In this document: one piece after another, positions 9,284-18,911 of the stretch
Layout: each line of letters opens with the position of its first letter
How positions within the stretch are numbered: the stretch's first letter is position 1
Source: an uncultured Phycisphaeraceae bacterium
Lineage (GTDB): Bacteria; Planctomycetota; Phycisphaerae; UBA1845
Direction of reading: 5' to 3'
Length of the DNA stretch: 60,014 nucleotides
NCBI GenBank assembly: GCA_964548955.1
Contig: CAZJTP010000001.1
Span: 74,285 to 134,298, forward strand
Notes under the pieces: model-generated
What the model was told of the DNA's origin: nothing
Database searches by the model: none
What the model saw: only the letters and a program-made list of their open reading frames with translations
Position numbers and translations under genes: made by a program

Positions 9284-10633
9284 ATGTTTACCCGAAGATT
9301 CTTCCTCACAGCCTTCATTGTGGGGATTTCCACCGGTCAGCAACCACTCGCCCACACCGTGGGAGTGCAGCCGCCAGACAAACACGCGGCTCAGGGCGAG
9401 GCGGCAACTCCTGAACAACCCGAGGCCGAACCGCCCGAACCGTTCCTGTCACTCAGTTCGTCGCGCGTAACAGGCGACTGGGGTGGCGTGCGCACGGACC
9501 TGGAGGAGCAGGGCGTTAGTCTGTCGATGATTCTGACCACATCCTACGCCCAGAACTTCCGCGGCGGGCTCAACACACATAACGCCAACGCCTTCTCCGG
9601 CGACTGGCGTATGAACCTGACGTTGGACTTCGACAAGATGGGCCTGATCCCCGGCGGCTTCTTTTTCATCCGCGGGAAATCCAGTTGGAACAACGGTGTG
9701 GACGCCGACGTCGGAACGCTCGGGGCGACTCACTGGGTTTTCGGAAGTGGCGGTGATGAGGAATACTACATCGACAAGTGGTGGTACGGGCAACGAATGC
9801 TGGATGGCCGGTTGGAGTTCCGCATCGGTAAGCTGCTTACACCGGCAGACCTTTTTGACATTCCAGCGTATGCGAAGTGGCCTTGGGATCAGTTCATGAA
9901 CGCGAACCTGAACAAGAGCCCGAACATCCCTCATCGCAAGTCCCCTGGAGCGTATCTAAAGATCAAGTTGTGTGATTTGGCGCACCTCACGATGGCAGCG
10001 GTGGACGGTGACCAGAAAGATGCGACGCTGGCCGCCGACGTCGAGCGGGCCCTGCACGGTCCAGCCACCTACATCGGACTGTGGGAACTCGTGTTAACTC
10101 CCAAGTTTGAAAGTGCCAATGGCGCGTTGCCGGGGAATTACCGGTTCGGGTGGTGGTATGACGGACGAACGAAGCGGGTGCTCAGGGATGAGTTGGGCGG
10201 CACACTGGCGCCGCGCCAGCGGAGCGATGACGTGGGCTGGTACCTGACGTTCGATCAATTTCTGTGGAAGGAAAACGACGATCCGAAGGACAAGCAGGGA
10301 CTTGGGGCGTTCATGCGATATGCCTTCGCCCATCCGGAGACGAACCAGATCAATCACTTCTGGTCGATCGGTGCCCAGTACGAGGGGCTGTTTCCCTATC
10401 GCGATAAGGACGTACTAGCATTTGGTGTGGCCCAAAGCATGATGTCCAAAACGTTCCGCCACAACATCAATGACCTGGCCGATCGCGAGACGACCTACGA
10501 ACTCTACTACGCCTACCACGTTACGCCATGGTGCATCATCTCGCCCGACGTTCAGTTCATCACCAACCCCGGCGGGAACAAGGATGCGCGCGACGCCATC
10601 GTCGGCGGCGTGCGGGTGCGGGTTGCTTTCTAA
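9284..10633 (+). CDS. carbohydrate-selective porin, OprB family
   Basis: Signal peptide MFTRRFFLTAFIVGISTG. Block GDWGGVRTDLEEQGVSLSMILTTSYAQNFRGG is typical of OprB porins, and the protein ends in an aromatic residue (VRVAF). The ORF extends to 9113, but that extension is Arg-rich and non-protein-like. Confidence 0.85.
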   Translation: MFTRRFFLTAFIVGISTGQQPLAHTVGVQPPDKHAAQGEAATPEQPEAEPPEPFLSLSSSRVTGDWGGVRTDLEEQGVSLSMILTTSYAQNFRGGLNTHNANAFSGDWRMNLTLDFDKMGLIPGGFFFIRGKSSWNNGVDADVGTLGATHWVFGSGGDEEYYIDKWWYGQRMLDGRLEFRIGKLLTPADLFDIPAYAKWPWDQFMNANLNKSPNIPHRKSPGAYLKIKLCDLAHLTMAAVDGDQKDATLAADVERALHGPATYIGLWELVLTPKFESANGALPGNYRFGWWYDGRTKRVLRDELGGTLAPRQRSDDVGWYLTFDQFLWKENDDPKDKQGLGAFMRYAFAHPETNQINHFWSIGAQYEGLFPYRDKDVLAFGVAQSMMSKTFRHNINDLADRETTYELYYAYHVTPWCIISPDVQFITNPGGNKDARDAIVGGVRVRVAF

Positions 10634-10670
10634 CACAGGTTACTGGGCCGAGAATCCCTTCCCGGGCCAT

Positions 10671-10696
10671 TCGTGCGAGAAAGGATTCTCGCACGA
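10671..10696 (+). terminator. stem-loop downstream of porin gene
   Basis: TCGTGCGAGAA-agga-TTCTCGCACGA, an 11-bp perfect stem with a 4-nt loop, 38 nt after the stop. No U-tract. Confidence 0.45.
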
Positions 10697-10864
10697 GCGT
10701 TATGTTGGTTCCGAGCTGACCGGTTTTCGTCGACGCGCGTGCGGTAGCCCCACCGGACCTGCGCGGTGATTTGCGTTGCCCAGCTACGAAGATTACAGTA
10801 AGCGTCGTTGGGATCGCAAACACAATGAACTTGTCGGGAGTCATTCGTCAATGAGGGAGCACAG

Positions 10865-11365
10865 ATGATGGAATGCTCTTGGAAAACCTCTTGGAGCTGC
10901 CCAACCGGGCATCAATCTGCTCAGAACGGAAACCACAGACGCTCAACCGCACGCAGGGCACATGGGCGTCGTTTCGCTATTTGCCAATCGCCATCCGCCG
11001 TTGTGTTCGGCCTGGGCTTGCTGTGTGTGACGCTATCGGGTCCGGGCTGCCGTGAAAAAGACCCTGGTTTCGATGTGATCACGTTGGAGGGCAAGATCGA
11101 CCGGATCAAGCGAATCACCGACGAGACCGGCGAGATCACCGTCATCTACTACAGCGAGAAGCACAAGCAGGACATGGCCGGCATCGGGGTGGTCACGCGT
11201 GAAACGGAGATCATGATCAACGGCGCTATCGCGAAGCTCAAGGATCTGCGCGAAGGCGACAGCGTGAGTGGCGAGGTCCGCGTCGAAAAGAAAGGCAAGG
11301 AGAAGCGCCAGATTGCCCTGAAGATCCACGTCGACCGCCCAACACCGGTCGGCGACGGAGGATAA
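10865..11365 (+). CDS. small secreted/lipoprotein-like hypothetical protein
   Basis: Hydrophobic segment AVVFGLGLLCVTLSGPGC followed by a charged soluble domain. Start codon uncertain. Confidence 0.5.
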   Translation: MMECSWKTSWSCPTGHQSAQNGNHRRSTARRAHGRRFAICQSPSAVVFGLGLLCVTLSGPGCREKDPGFDVITLEGKIDRIKRITDETGEITVIYYSEKHKQDMAGIGVVTRETEIMINGAIAKLKDLREGDSVSGEVRVEKKGKEKRQIALKIHVDRPTPVGDGG

Positions 11366-11498
11366 GCTGTGCAGAGAGTTCAATGGACTCTGTGGGACCG
11401 ACTTTCCAGTCGGTCAAGAGACAAGCCGGTGGCACCTTTCATGCAGGTTTGTGCAACCGGGTCTGAATGAAATGCGCTTGACGTAGTGCACTGGCTGT

Positions 11499-11591
11499 CT
11501 ACGGTTCGCCGGCAAAAACCCATTGAAACGCCTGCAGATCGACCAGATCGATCGTGCCGTTTCGATTGATGTCATAGGATCTGCACTTATC
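11499..11591 (-). pseudogene. orphan 3' remnant of a gene ending in a dockerin/EF-hand-like motif
   Basis: Minus-strand frame reads ...DKCRSYDINRNGTIDLVDLQAFQWVFAGEP-stop. This resembles the C-terminus of the 17843..18883 protein (DMDYDGDVDLRDFAGFQRVFGTP-stop). No credible upstream coding sequence or start exists. Confidence 0.35.
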
Positions 11592-11674
11592 CTCGACTAC
11601 ATCGTCTGGCCCGTGCCTTAAGAGCCAAAACCATGGTGCGTACCCGGGTGGCCGCGCATACTTGGCCGAATTGA

Positions 11675-12823
11675 CTACGCCCTACGAATTTGCTGTTGCA
11701 GTTTCGCCAAAGCGGCAAGGGGGCGCGCCAGCAGCTTGAGTCGCCCCGTCGTGGCTTCCCAGCGATACACGCTGGCCGCTGAAACGTCCAGCTGCCGGGC
11801 GAACTTAGCCACCGAAAGCCCAAGTTGCTTGCGCAGTTGGGCCACCGACTTGCCCGTGGGTCGAATCTTCGGAGTAGCGCTGGCAGAATTCCTGTCCGGC
11901 ACTGGTTTGTTGGTCGCGGGCTTGGAGGATTTCTTGCGGACAGCAGATTTTCGTTTCGCTTTCTTAGAGACCTTGGCTTGGTCCCTGGCCGGTGTGCGTG
12001 TTCGCCGCGCACGACTGGGCGCGACCGCTCCCTCACGGTCGCGGCTCGGAATGGCGGCACGTTTCTCGGCGTGTCGTTGTTTCTTCGTCTCAGTTCTCGG
12101 AGCAGGTTGCTCCGTGCCCGCAACATCAAGGTCGATACCGAAGATGTCGCCGAGCTGATCGTCGTCCAGTGAATCGCCCGTTGCGACGGGACCCGGCATT
12201 GCCATCTCGGTGGAAATCAACTCCTGGGCATCGACATCGCGGAGCAGGAACAACAGTTCAGGTTGGTTGTCGAGCCGACTGCCGACACCGTACAGCGTGG
12301 CCGCGACGTGTTTGCACATCACCGCCCAATCAGGACAACTGCAGGCGAGTTCGATCTCACGTGGCTGAGGGAAGAGACCGTGCGCACGGTCCGTTACGAC
12401 GGTCATGACCTGGTCAGACAACTTGCCCTGGAGTAGTTCCAGCATGGAACCGATCTGTCCGGCGCACCTCTCCTTAACGGACTTCCAGATGGTCGGCTTC
12501 AGCTTCTTGATGCGGATGCTCGTGTTGTACAGCTCGGAGCCGCTGACGATAGCTTCGATACGCCCGGGGCGGATGGACAGGTGGCAGACCGAGCCGTTGC
12601 GAACATACGTTCGCCCACGCGGCAAGCGGTTCTCGTAGTCGGAGAATGATTCCAGATGGTCGCACCAGCCCTTGCCCCAGAAGCTCCGTGCAATCGTCCG
12701 CCCTTCGATCTCGACCGGCTGAATGTCCTTGCCCTTCTTGCGGAGCTTCTCAATTTTGCGCAAGGCGTTGGCGCGTCGCCGGGCCACGGGAACATATGGA
12801 CTCCATTGTCTCCAGGACATCAC
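11675..12823 (-). CDS. SWIM zinc-finger protein (SNF2-associated) with C-terminal HTH-like segment
   Basis: SWIM finger CSCPDWAVMCKHVAATLYG (CxC...CxH). A basic low-complexity linker follows. C-terminal SVAQLRKQLGLSVAKFARQLDVSAASVYRWE looks like an XRE-type HTH. Starts 11 nt after the SNF2 stop. Confidence 0.85.
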   Translation of the reverse strand: MMSWRQWSPYVPVARRRANALRKIEKLRKKGKDIQPVEIEGRTIARSFWGKGWCDHLESFSDYENRLPRGRTYVRNGSVCHLSIRPGRIEAIVSGSELYNTSIRIKKLKPTIWKSVKERCAGQIGSMLELLQGKLSDQVMTVVTDRAHGLFPQPREIELACSCPDWAVMCKHVAATLYGVGSRLDNQPELLFLLRDVDAQELISTEMAMPGPVATGDSLDDDQLGDIFGIDLDVAGTEQPAPRTETKKQRHAEKRAAIPSRDREGAVAPSRARRTRTPARDQAKVSKKAKRKSAVRKKSSKPATNKPVPDRNSASATPKIRPTGKSVAQLRKQLGLSVAKFARQLDVSAASVYRWEATTGRLKLLARPLAALAKLQQQIRRA

Positions 12824-12834
12824 GCCCTCACTCC

Positions 12835-15516
12835 TTACATCATCGCACGGTTAACATCCAGACGGACCAGCTGCATCAGTTCATCATCAGGCAATTCCGT
12901 TAGTTTGACCTCGCCATCGGTGGCGAGGATCTCGTCGGCCATCTGTCGCTTCTCCGCAATTAGTTCATCAATCCGTTCCTCAATCGTACCGCTGGTGACG
13001 AACTTGTGCACCAGCACGTTGCGTTTCTGGCCGATGCGGAATGCGCGGTCGGTGGCCTGGTTCTCTACGGCCGGGTTCCACCAGCGGTCGAAGTGAATCA
13101 CATGCGAAGCCGCGGTCAGGTTCAGGCCCGTGCCGCCGGCCTTGAGCGACAGAATGAAAAACGGCGGTCCGCCCTCATCCTGAAACTGTGCGACCACGCC
13201 CTTACGCCTCTTGACACTCGTTTGGCCGTGTAAGACCAGCCCCGCGCGACCGAACACCGCGGTCAGATGGTCCGCCAACGGGTCGATAATCTCCCGGAAC
13301 TGGGTGAAGATCAAGGCCTTTTCTTGGCGTTGGGCCAGCTCTTCGCAAAGCTCGCCGAGACGGAGGAACTTGCCGCTGTCGGAGGGGGTGTAGCCGCCGT
13401 CGCCGGAAAGCTGGCTGGGATGGTTGCAGATCTGCTTCAGCCGCATCAGCGTCTGGAGCACCAGCCCGCGCCGCGCCATGCCATCGGCTGTTTCCAAGGC
13501 CGATCGCATTTGCCGTACGGTTTGCTCGTAGAGCTTGACCTGTGTTCTGGTCAGATTGCAGTATCGGACGGTTTCGATCTTCTCCGGCAGATCGGCGATC
13601 ACGGAACGATCCGTTTTCAGGCGGCGTAGGATGTACGGCCCGACCAATTGACGCAAGGGCGCGAACCGGTTCTGCTCCCGCAGTTGCAAACCTTTGATGA
13701 ACGACTTGAACACGCCCGCTGAACCGAGTAAGCCGGGATTGAGGAAATCGAACAGCGACCATAGATCGCCCAGGCGGTTTTCAACCGGTGTGCCGGTCAG
13801 GGCGATCCTCGCGTGGGCGGGGAGTTTCTTCACGGCCTTGCTCTGACGGGTCGAGGGGTTCTTGATCGCCTGGGCCTCATCGAGAATCACGAAGCGCCAG
13901 TCCAATTGCGTCAACCAATCCTGCCGGGCCAACATGGAGTAGGTCGTGACCGCCAAGTCGGTCTCAGCAAGGTGCTCATCGGGAGATTCGGCAATGTGCG
14001 CAAGTGTCTGGCGGTCCGTCTCGGCCGGATGCAGAAACGTCAGTTTCAGCGACGGCGCAAAACACTCCGCCTCGCTGCGCCAGTTGCCCAGAAGTGAGGC
14101 CGGCACGATCAGAAGCGCTGGCCTACGCTGCGGTTTAGCGTCTCCATCCCGATTACACAGCAATAGTGCCAGCACCTGGATCGTCTTGCCCAGCCCCATG
14201 TCGTCAGCCAGGCACGCTCCCAACCCCAGCGTCGTCAGGAAACGCAGCCAGGCCAGCCCGTCGCACTGATACGGCCGGAGTATCCCGTGCAGCCCATCGC
14301 GAAGCTCTACCGCATCCAGTCGCCCCGGTTCGCGAAGACCCGCAAGGATCTTCTGCATCCCTTCGCCAGCCGATACGTGGGCCCATGAGCGTTGTTCCTC
14401 GACCCGGTCTTCATGCTTCAGGTCTGCCGACGCACCGGCCAACAGGCGCATTCCCTCGACAAATGAGATCTCCCCATTCGCCGCGAGGTTCTCGAGGGCC
14501 TGCCAGTGGTCGATCGCCTCCTGCAGTTTCTCGCGATCCACCTCAACCCATTGGCCCTTGAGCAGCACCAATCCATCCGGGCCGGCCAGCAACGCAGTCA
14601 TCTCCTCCGACGAAATGCTCTCATCCCCCAGCGCCATGCTCACGTTGAAATCCAGCACCGCGCCTGCTCCGAGTGTGGTTTGGTTCTGGCGGCCGATCGT
14701 CACCGAAACCTGCGGACGGGGGCGTTTCCTCCACCAATCCGGCAGCCGGACCGACAGACCGCTGTCCTCCAGCTCCGGCGAGGTCCGCAGAAACGCATAC
14801 GCTCGCTCTGCCGGCCACGCCATTGGCTGATAGACTTCGCCGGAATCAACCAGTTTCTTTACCCATTCGCAACGTTCCGAAGCCTGTTGAACCGGAGCGA
14901 GTAACTTGATCAACGCGGACCGATTCTTCGCCCCGGCGTACTGCTCCAGCGCCCTTCGCAATGGGAGGTGCTTCAATCGCCCCCCGGCACCGAACCCGGT
15001 GGCATAGGTCGCCAGAAACGCAAAAGGACGGGCCTGGTCGCTCTTGTTCTCGGCGAGGTGAAAGCAGACGCGACCCACTTGGTGCCACTTCGGCGCCCGC
15101 GCTTGCTGAAACGCTCCCAAGCCGCCGGCTGACTCGATCGCCTCCGTTGCCCACTGGTCCAACGCGCTGCAGATGTCCAGCAGAATCTCAGCGGTCAGAT
15201 ACTCCCCGCCCTGCATGGGCGGCGCCGTCAAAACCCACGTCGCGCACTCCGCTGGCGACGGTGGCTCGACTTCGATGGTCTCCGCCGATTCGGGAATGTG
15301 ACAAAGCGCGGTGAGATACCGCTCGGCCACGCTCTGCCAGTAGCGCAAGGTCAGGGAATCGCCCGTACCGATCTTCTCAGCCGCCAGCGTGAAGAGTCCT
15401 TCCCGCCAGTCAACAGAAAACAGCTTCCGCAATCCCGCCAGCCGCGCAGGCTCGGCTTGGCCCTCAGTAGACTCCCAGCACAGATGCCCAGTCGGTGTGA
15501 GTCGGATTTCTGGCAC
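12835..15516 (-). CDS. SNF2-family DEAD/H helicase-like ATPase with long N-terminal SNF2-associated region
   Basis: Motifs LRPYQCDGLAWL, DDMGLGKTIQ (motif I), ILDEAQAIKN (motif II), LTGTPVENRL and the helicase-C block LSLKAGGTGLNLTAASHVIHFDRWWNPAVENQATDRAFRIGQ. The longest ORF (to 15642) runs through tRNA-Ser, so the start must be internal. GTG at 15516 is the first candidate past the tRNA. Confidence 0.9.
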   Translation of the reverse strand: MPEIRLTPTGHLCWESTEGQAEPARLAGLRKLFSVDWREGLFTLAAEKIGTGDSLTLRYWQSVAERYLTALCHIPESAETIEVEPPSPAECATWVLTAPPMQGGEYLTAEILLDICSALDQWATEAIESAGGLGAFQQARAPKWHQVGRVCFHLAENKSDQARPFAFLATYATGFGAGGRLKHLPLRRALEQYAGAKNRSALIKLLAPVQQASERCEWVKKLVDSGEVYQPMAWPAERAYAFLRTSPELEDSGLSVRLPDWWRKRPRPQVSVTIGRQNQTTLGAGAVLDFNVSMALGDESISSEEMTALLAGPDGLVLLKGQWVEVDREKLQEAIDHWQALENLAANGEISFVEGMRLLAGASADLKHEDRVEEQRSWAHVSAGEGMQKILAGLREPGRLDAVELRDGLHGILRPYQCDGLAWLRFLTTLGLGACLADDMGLGKTIQVLALLLCNRDGDAKPQRRPALLIVPASLLGNWRSEAECFAPSLKLTFLHPAETDRQTLAHIAESPDEHLAETDLAVTTYSMLARQDWLTQLDWRFVILDEAQAIKNPSTRQSKAVKKLPAHARIALTGTPVENRLGDLWSLFDFLNPGLLGSAGVFKSFIKGLQLREQNRFAPLRQLVGPYILRRLKTDRSVIADLPEKIETVRYCNLTRTQVKLYEQTVRQMRSALETADGMARRGLVLQTLMRLKQICNHPSQLSGDGGYTPSDSGKFLRLGELCEELAQRQEKALIFTQFREIIDPLADHLTAVFGRAGLVLHGQTSVKRRKGVVAQFQDEGGPPFFILSLKAGGTGLNLTAASHVIHFDRWWNPAVENQATDRAFRIGQKRNVLVHKFVTSGTIEERIDELIAEKRQMADEILATDGEVKLTELPDDELMQLVRLDVNRAMM

Positions 15517-15593
15517 AGTTTTGCTTCTGACCCCTCCGAAAGCCGCCGACGGCCCGGAGCATCCGCGCCGCGTCAAAGCCTGACGACGAAAAA

Positions 15594-15680
15594 CGGAGCG
15601 GGAGGGATTCGAACCCTCGGTGCAGTTACCCGCACACCGCATTTCCAGTGCGGTCCCTTAAGCCGCTCGGACACCGCTCC
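15594..15680 (-). tRNA. tRNA-Ser (anticodon GGA)
   Basis: Folded by hand. Acceptor stem GGAGCGG/CCGCTCC with discriminator G. Anticodon stem CCGCA/TGCGG with loop CTGGAAA. Long variable arm. T-arm GAGGG-TTCGAAT-CCCTC. No encoded CCA. Confidence 0.92.
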
Positions 15681-16102
15681 AGGTATCATATAAGTCTTTT
15701 ATTGTGTTCGTCCGCTGCAGTCTTCGAAAAAGGCCCCGCACCGATTGGTTGACTTATACTATACTGCCCGTTGCTGGCTATGAGTTGGCTCACTAGGGCA
15801 ATGGTGAGGCGACCAGATGATAACACCGTGCTCCTATGTTCAGGACGTCACAGGCAAAACTGTTGACGGACTCTCTTTTCACAAGCCGTCGGGCAGATAC
15901 TACTCCATCGACAAGGGCGGTCAACGCAAATACTGGGCCGGGACAAGGACAACGCGATCAACCGCTACCGCGCCAGCCTGAAGCTGTGGCCACTTCACGT
16001 TATGACCGAGAACGAGAAGCTCTACTACATGTTCCTCGAAGAAGACCTCGGCGGCGAGATTGCCGTACGTATCCACAAAGCCACATGCATCATCTAAGCG
16101 AG

Positions 16103-16621
16103 CTACGCCGACCGCGGAGAGGGCCAGGGTGGCGAGACGCGGCGGGCCTCCTCCCACAACGCGGATGGGAAGCGGGTCGGCAGGTCATCCATGAGCGACA
16201 ACCGAACCACGACGATCAACTCCTGCCACGACCTGCACTCGTGCAACGCGACTTCTAAAGCCGGAGTCCATCCTTTCCCGTCATACTCCAATGGCCCCAC
16301 CTCGTCGATGCCAATCACGTCCAGACCGTCTCGCACGGCGGCCATGACGGCGGTGTTCCCTGCGACCACAGCTTCATCATCGAACCGATAGATGCCCACG
16401 CTGGGCATATCGCCGGGTGATGTGACCACCCGGGCCAGCAGTCGCCGGTTGCCGCTGCGCAAGTCGATCAAGTCATACCCGATGCGTTGCCCACTCTCGA
16501 AGACTGCCGGCGACACGATGCCGCCGACTGATCGCCCGCGCTCGGCCTTTTGGACTGCGTACCGGAGAAGGAACGTGGTTTTCCCTTCCCCCCGATCCGC
16601 GGAAAAGATGGTCACCCCCAT
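16103..16621 (-). CDS. small P-loop NTPase (DUF2478/THEP1-like)
   Basis: Walker A SADRGEGKTT and Walker B-like VIGIDEVGPLE. The ORF reaches 16699, but Met at 16621 (MGVTIFSADRGEGKTT) gives the usual N-terminus. Confidence 0.65.
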   Translation of the reverse strand: MGVTIFSADRGEGKTTFLLRYAVQKAERGRSVGGIVSPAVFESGQRIGYDLIDLRSGNRRLLARVVTSPGDMPSVGIYRFDDEAVVAGNTAVMAAVRDGLDVIGIDEVGPLEYDGKGWTPALEVALHECRSWQELIVVVRLSLMDDLPTRFPSALWEEARRVSPPWPSPRSA

Positions 16622-16911
16622 ACCGGTGTATCCGTCGCCCAGGAAGCGAAAAGGGCAAAAAAGGCCGTGCAAACCATGTTGCGTAGCCACCGGATGCATG
16701 ATACACTAATCGCCACTGGTCGGGACCTTGGAAAAACCGCCTGTGGTGCGGTGGCGGGGAGTTGGTCTTGCAAGCGCTTTTTTTCTACGACGGCAAGGTT
16801 GACTTGACGGTGTTAAGGAAACGTGCGTCAGGTCCGTTGCGGCGGCCCAGGATCACGCCTCCGGGTAGCGAAACAGCGTACCTCCAGTCAGTCTTGATGC
16901 CGTAGTTTTTT

Positions 16912-17832
16912 TTGAGATGCGATATGCTTTGTAAAGCACATCGGTCCGTTGTCGGCGCGGTGCATCTTGGTGGCTTTAGCTTACTGGAGCTGCTTGTTGT
17001 CACCTCCGTGATCACGTTGTTGTTGGCGATCCTGTCACCGTCGCTCAAAGGCGCACGGGAGCAGGCCAAGCAGGTGGTCTGCAGTTCGCGGCTCAGACAA
17101 TGGGGTGTCGCGTTTAGTTGCTACGCGGTTGAGAACGGTGGGATGTGGCCACACTGCGACGGGTTGGACCGGGGGCCGGACGAACTGGACGATCCCGGTT
17201 TGAGCCCGGAGGATCTGGCTGACTGGCACGGCTGGATGGATCTGCTTCCCCCGATGCTCGGTTTCGAACCGTGGCGTGACTATCCAAGATACCAGCGTCC
17301 GAACGAAGCCACGTTCTATCAATGCCCCATGGGTCGACCGCTGGAGGGTCGAGGCACGTACAGCTACCGCCCGTTCCGCGACGGGTATTTCAGCTACGCT
17401 ATGAATTCGTGCCTGGAGCTCGACAAGAACGCGTGGTCGCCGCCCGACGGCGTCGGTTATCCGATGCCGTCGTTCATCGACACGGCCAGGATAATGTGTC
17501 CTCAGCGTGTCATCGTGCTGTTTGACCAGTTGCTCGATCCCCGCAAGGGTTTTGACGAACAGAAGCTCTACCGCGGCGCGGGCAAATACAGCGGGAGCTA
17601 TCCCAAGGCGTTTTCGGCTCGTCACCGGCATGGTCGGTCCGGTTTGGGCGGGAATATCCTCTATGCCGACGGGCACGTGAAGTGGCAGAGGAGTGCCTGG
17701 AAGCCTGAGTGGGATCCTGAACTGGAGGTGCCGCCGCGCGACGACCCCAACTGGTACCCCTATCCGGTCATCACAATCGAGAAGAAGTCGAAGCCGAAGA
17801 ATCGAAGCCGCTCGCGTGGGCGTGGTCGGTAA
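16912..17832 (+). CDS. prepilin-type N-terminal cleavage/methylation domain protein, DUF1559-like pseudopilin
   Basis: GFSLLELLVVTSVITLLLAIL class-III signal/methylation motif. C-terminal GGNILYADGHVKW resembles the H-X9-DG family motif. Lys/Arg-rich tail. Confidence 0.85.
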   Translation: MRCDMLCKAHRSVVGAVHLGGFSLLELLVVTSVITLLLAILSPSLKGAREQAKQVVCSSRLRQWGVAFSCYAVENGGMWPHCDGLDRGPDELDDPGLSPEDLADWHGWMDLLPPMLGFEPWRDYPRYQRPNEATFYQCPMGRPLEGRGTYSYRPFRDGYFSYAMNSCLELDKNAWSPPDGVGYPMPSFIDTARIMCPQRVIVLFDQLLDPRKGFDEQKLYRGAGKYSGSYPKAFSARHRHGRSGLGGNILYADGHVKWQRSAWKPEWDPELEVPPRDDPNWYPYPVITIEKKSKPKNRSRSRGRGR

Positions 17833-17842
17833 GCATAAACGA

Positions 17843-18883
17843 ATGTGCTATTGGGAAAGGAGTGTAATCGTGCGGAATCATTGTTTCGTTTCGCTGGTGA
17901 TGGTTGTAGTGGCAATCTGGTGCGCAGGCGTCGGCTATGCGGATGAGCTTTCAATCTACCAGATCCAGTCGACCACATCCGTCGGTGACGTAAGTTTCTA
18001 CAACGGCGAGATACACGACGTGATCGGCGGAGTCGTGACACATATATGGCAGGGTGTCAACGCCCGCGTGTACCTGCAGGATCCTTCCCACCCCACATGG
18101 GGTGCGATTGTCGTGAAGGACGGGGAGGGTGGAGAGTTGACCGGCATTGTCAGCGTTGGCGACTGGGTTAGCTTCGACAACATCTACATCGACGAGTTTA
18201 GGGGTACGACGTTTCTGCAGTACCTCAGGAGCGATGCGCCCGACGTGGCGTTCAACATTGTCAGCCGAGACAATCCGCTCCCGCCGGCGATCCTAATTCC
18301 CGTCGCGGCGATACCGGCTCCTCTACAGTATCCGGGCGACGAATGGTACGTCGACAATCACGATGCGGAACTGTATGAGTCCATGCACCTTGTGATCCGG
18401 GACGTCACAGTGACTGCAATGCACCTGGGCAAGGCCGTGGACAACTACAATCTCCAAACCCCCAATGGGGATGACTGCTGGGCGACTGACTACATGAATG
18501 ACGCCGTGCAGCCCACGGAATACCACGAGTTTGTTGGAATGGACCAGCATTTCTGCGCAGTATCGGGTGTGTTCGAGCAATACACAAAGACGTCTGCCGG
18601 TTGGGACTACTATCAGTTGATCACGCTGGAGACGGCTGACCTGGCGATCTGCGGGGACGGTGACAGTGACGGTGACGTGAAGCTGGATGACGTCCCGCGC
18701 TTTCACGAGTGCTTTGGTGGGCCGTCATGTGACGGAGTATCGGGCGGTTGTGATCCACCTGCGTGGACTACGTCGCCAATGCCGATGCCGATCCTGGATT
18801 GCCTGATGATGGATATGGATTATGATGGCGATGTGGACCTGCGCGACTTCGCCGGTTTCCAACGAGTGTTTGGAACACCCTGA
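17843..18883 (+). CDS. secreted protein with OB-like N-domain and C-terminal dockerin/EF-hand-like Asp repeats
   Basis: Signal/anchor VSLVMVVVAIWCAGVGYA. N-domain LSIYQIQS...VIGGVVTHIW...VYLQD...GAIVV resembles the N-terminal module of ExeM/NucH-type secreted proteins (recollection). Repeats GDGDSDGDVKLDDVPRFHECF and DMDYDGDVDLRDFAGFQRVF. The ORF reaches 17693, overlapping the previous gene. Confidence 0.7.
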   Translation: MCYWERSVIVRNHCFVSLVMVVVAIWCAGVGYADELSIYQIQSTTSVGDVSFYNGEIHDVIGGVVTHIWQGVNARVYLQDPSHPTWGAIVVKDGEGGELTGIVSVGDWVSFDNIYIDEFRGTTFLQYLRSDAPDVAFNIVSRDNPLPPAILIPVAAIPAPLQYPGDEWYVDNHDAELYESMHLVIRDVTVTAMHLGKAVDNYNLQTPNGDDCWATDYMNDAVQPTEYHEFVGMDQHFCAVSGVFEQYTKTSAGWDYYQLITLETADLAICGDGDSDGDVKLDDVPRFHECFGGPSCDGVSGGCDPPAWTTSPMPMPILDCLMMDMDYDGDVDLRDFAGFQRVFGTP

Positions 18884-18911
18884 CGTGGGTGTGGATGGAA
18901 AAGGTGGACTG

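Noticed and set aside
15517-15642. N-terminal extension of the SNF2 ORF (MRCAGNCTEGSNPS...)
   Set aside because: It is the reverse-strand reading of tRNA-Ser(GGA) (15594-15680). The protein start must be downstream of the tRNA.
15836-16258. 140-aa plus-strand ORF
   Set aside because: It is an Arg/Pro-rich low-complexity translation that overlaps the 3' end of the NTPase gene. A different frame in the same region gives the more protein-like (but frameshifted) reading discussed in the findings.
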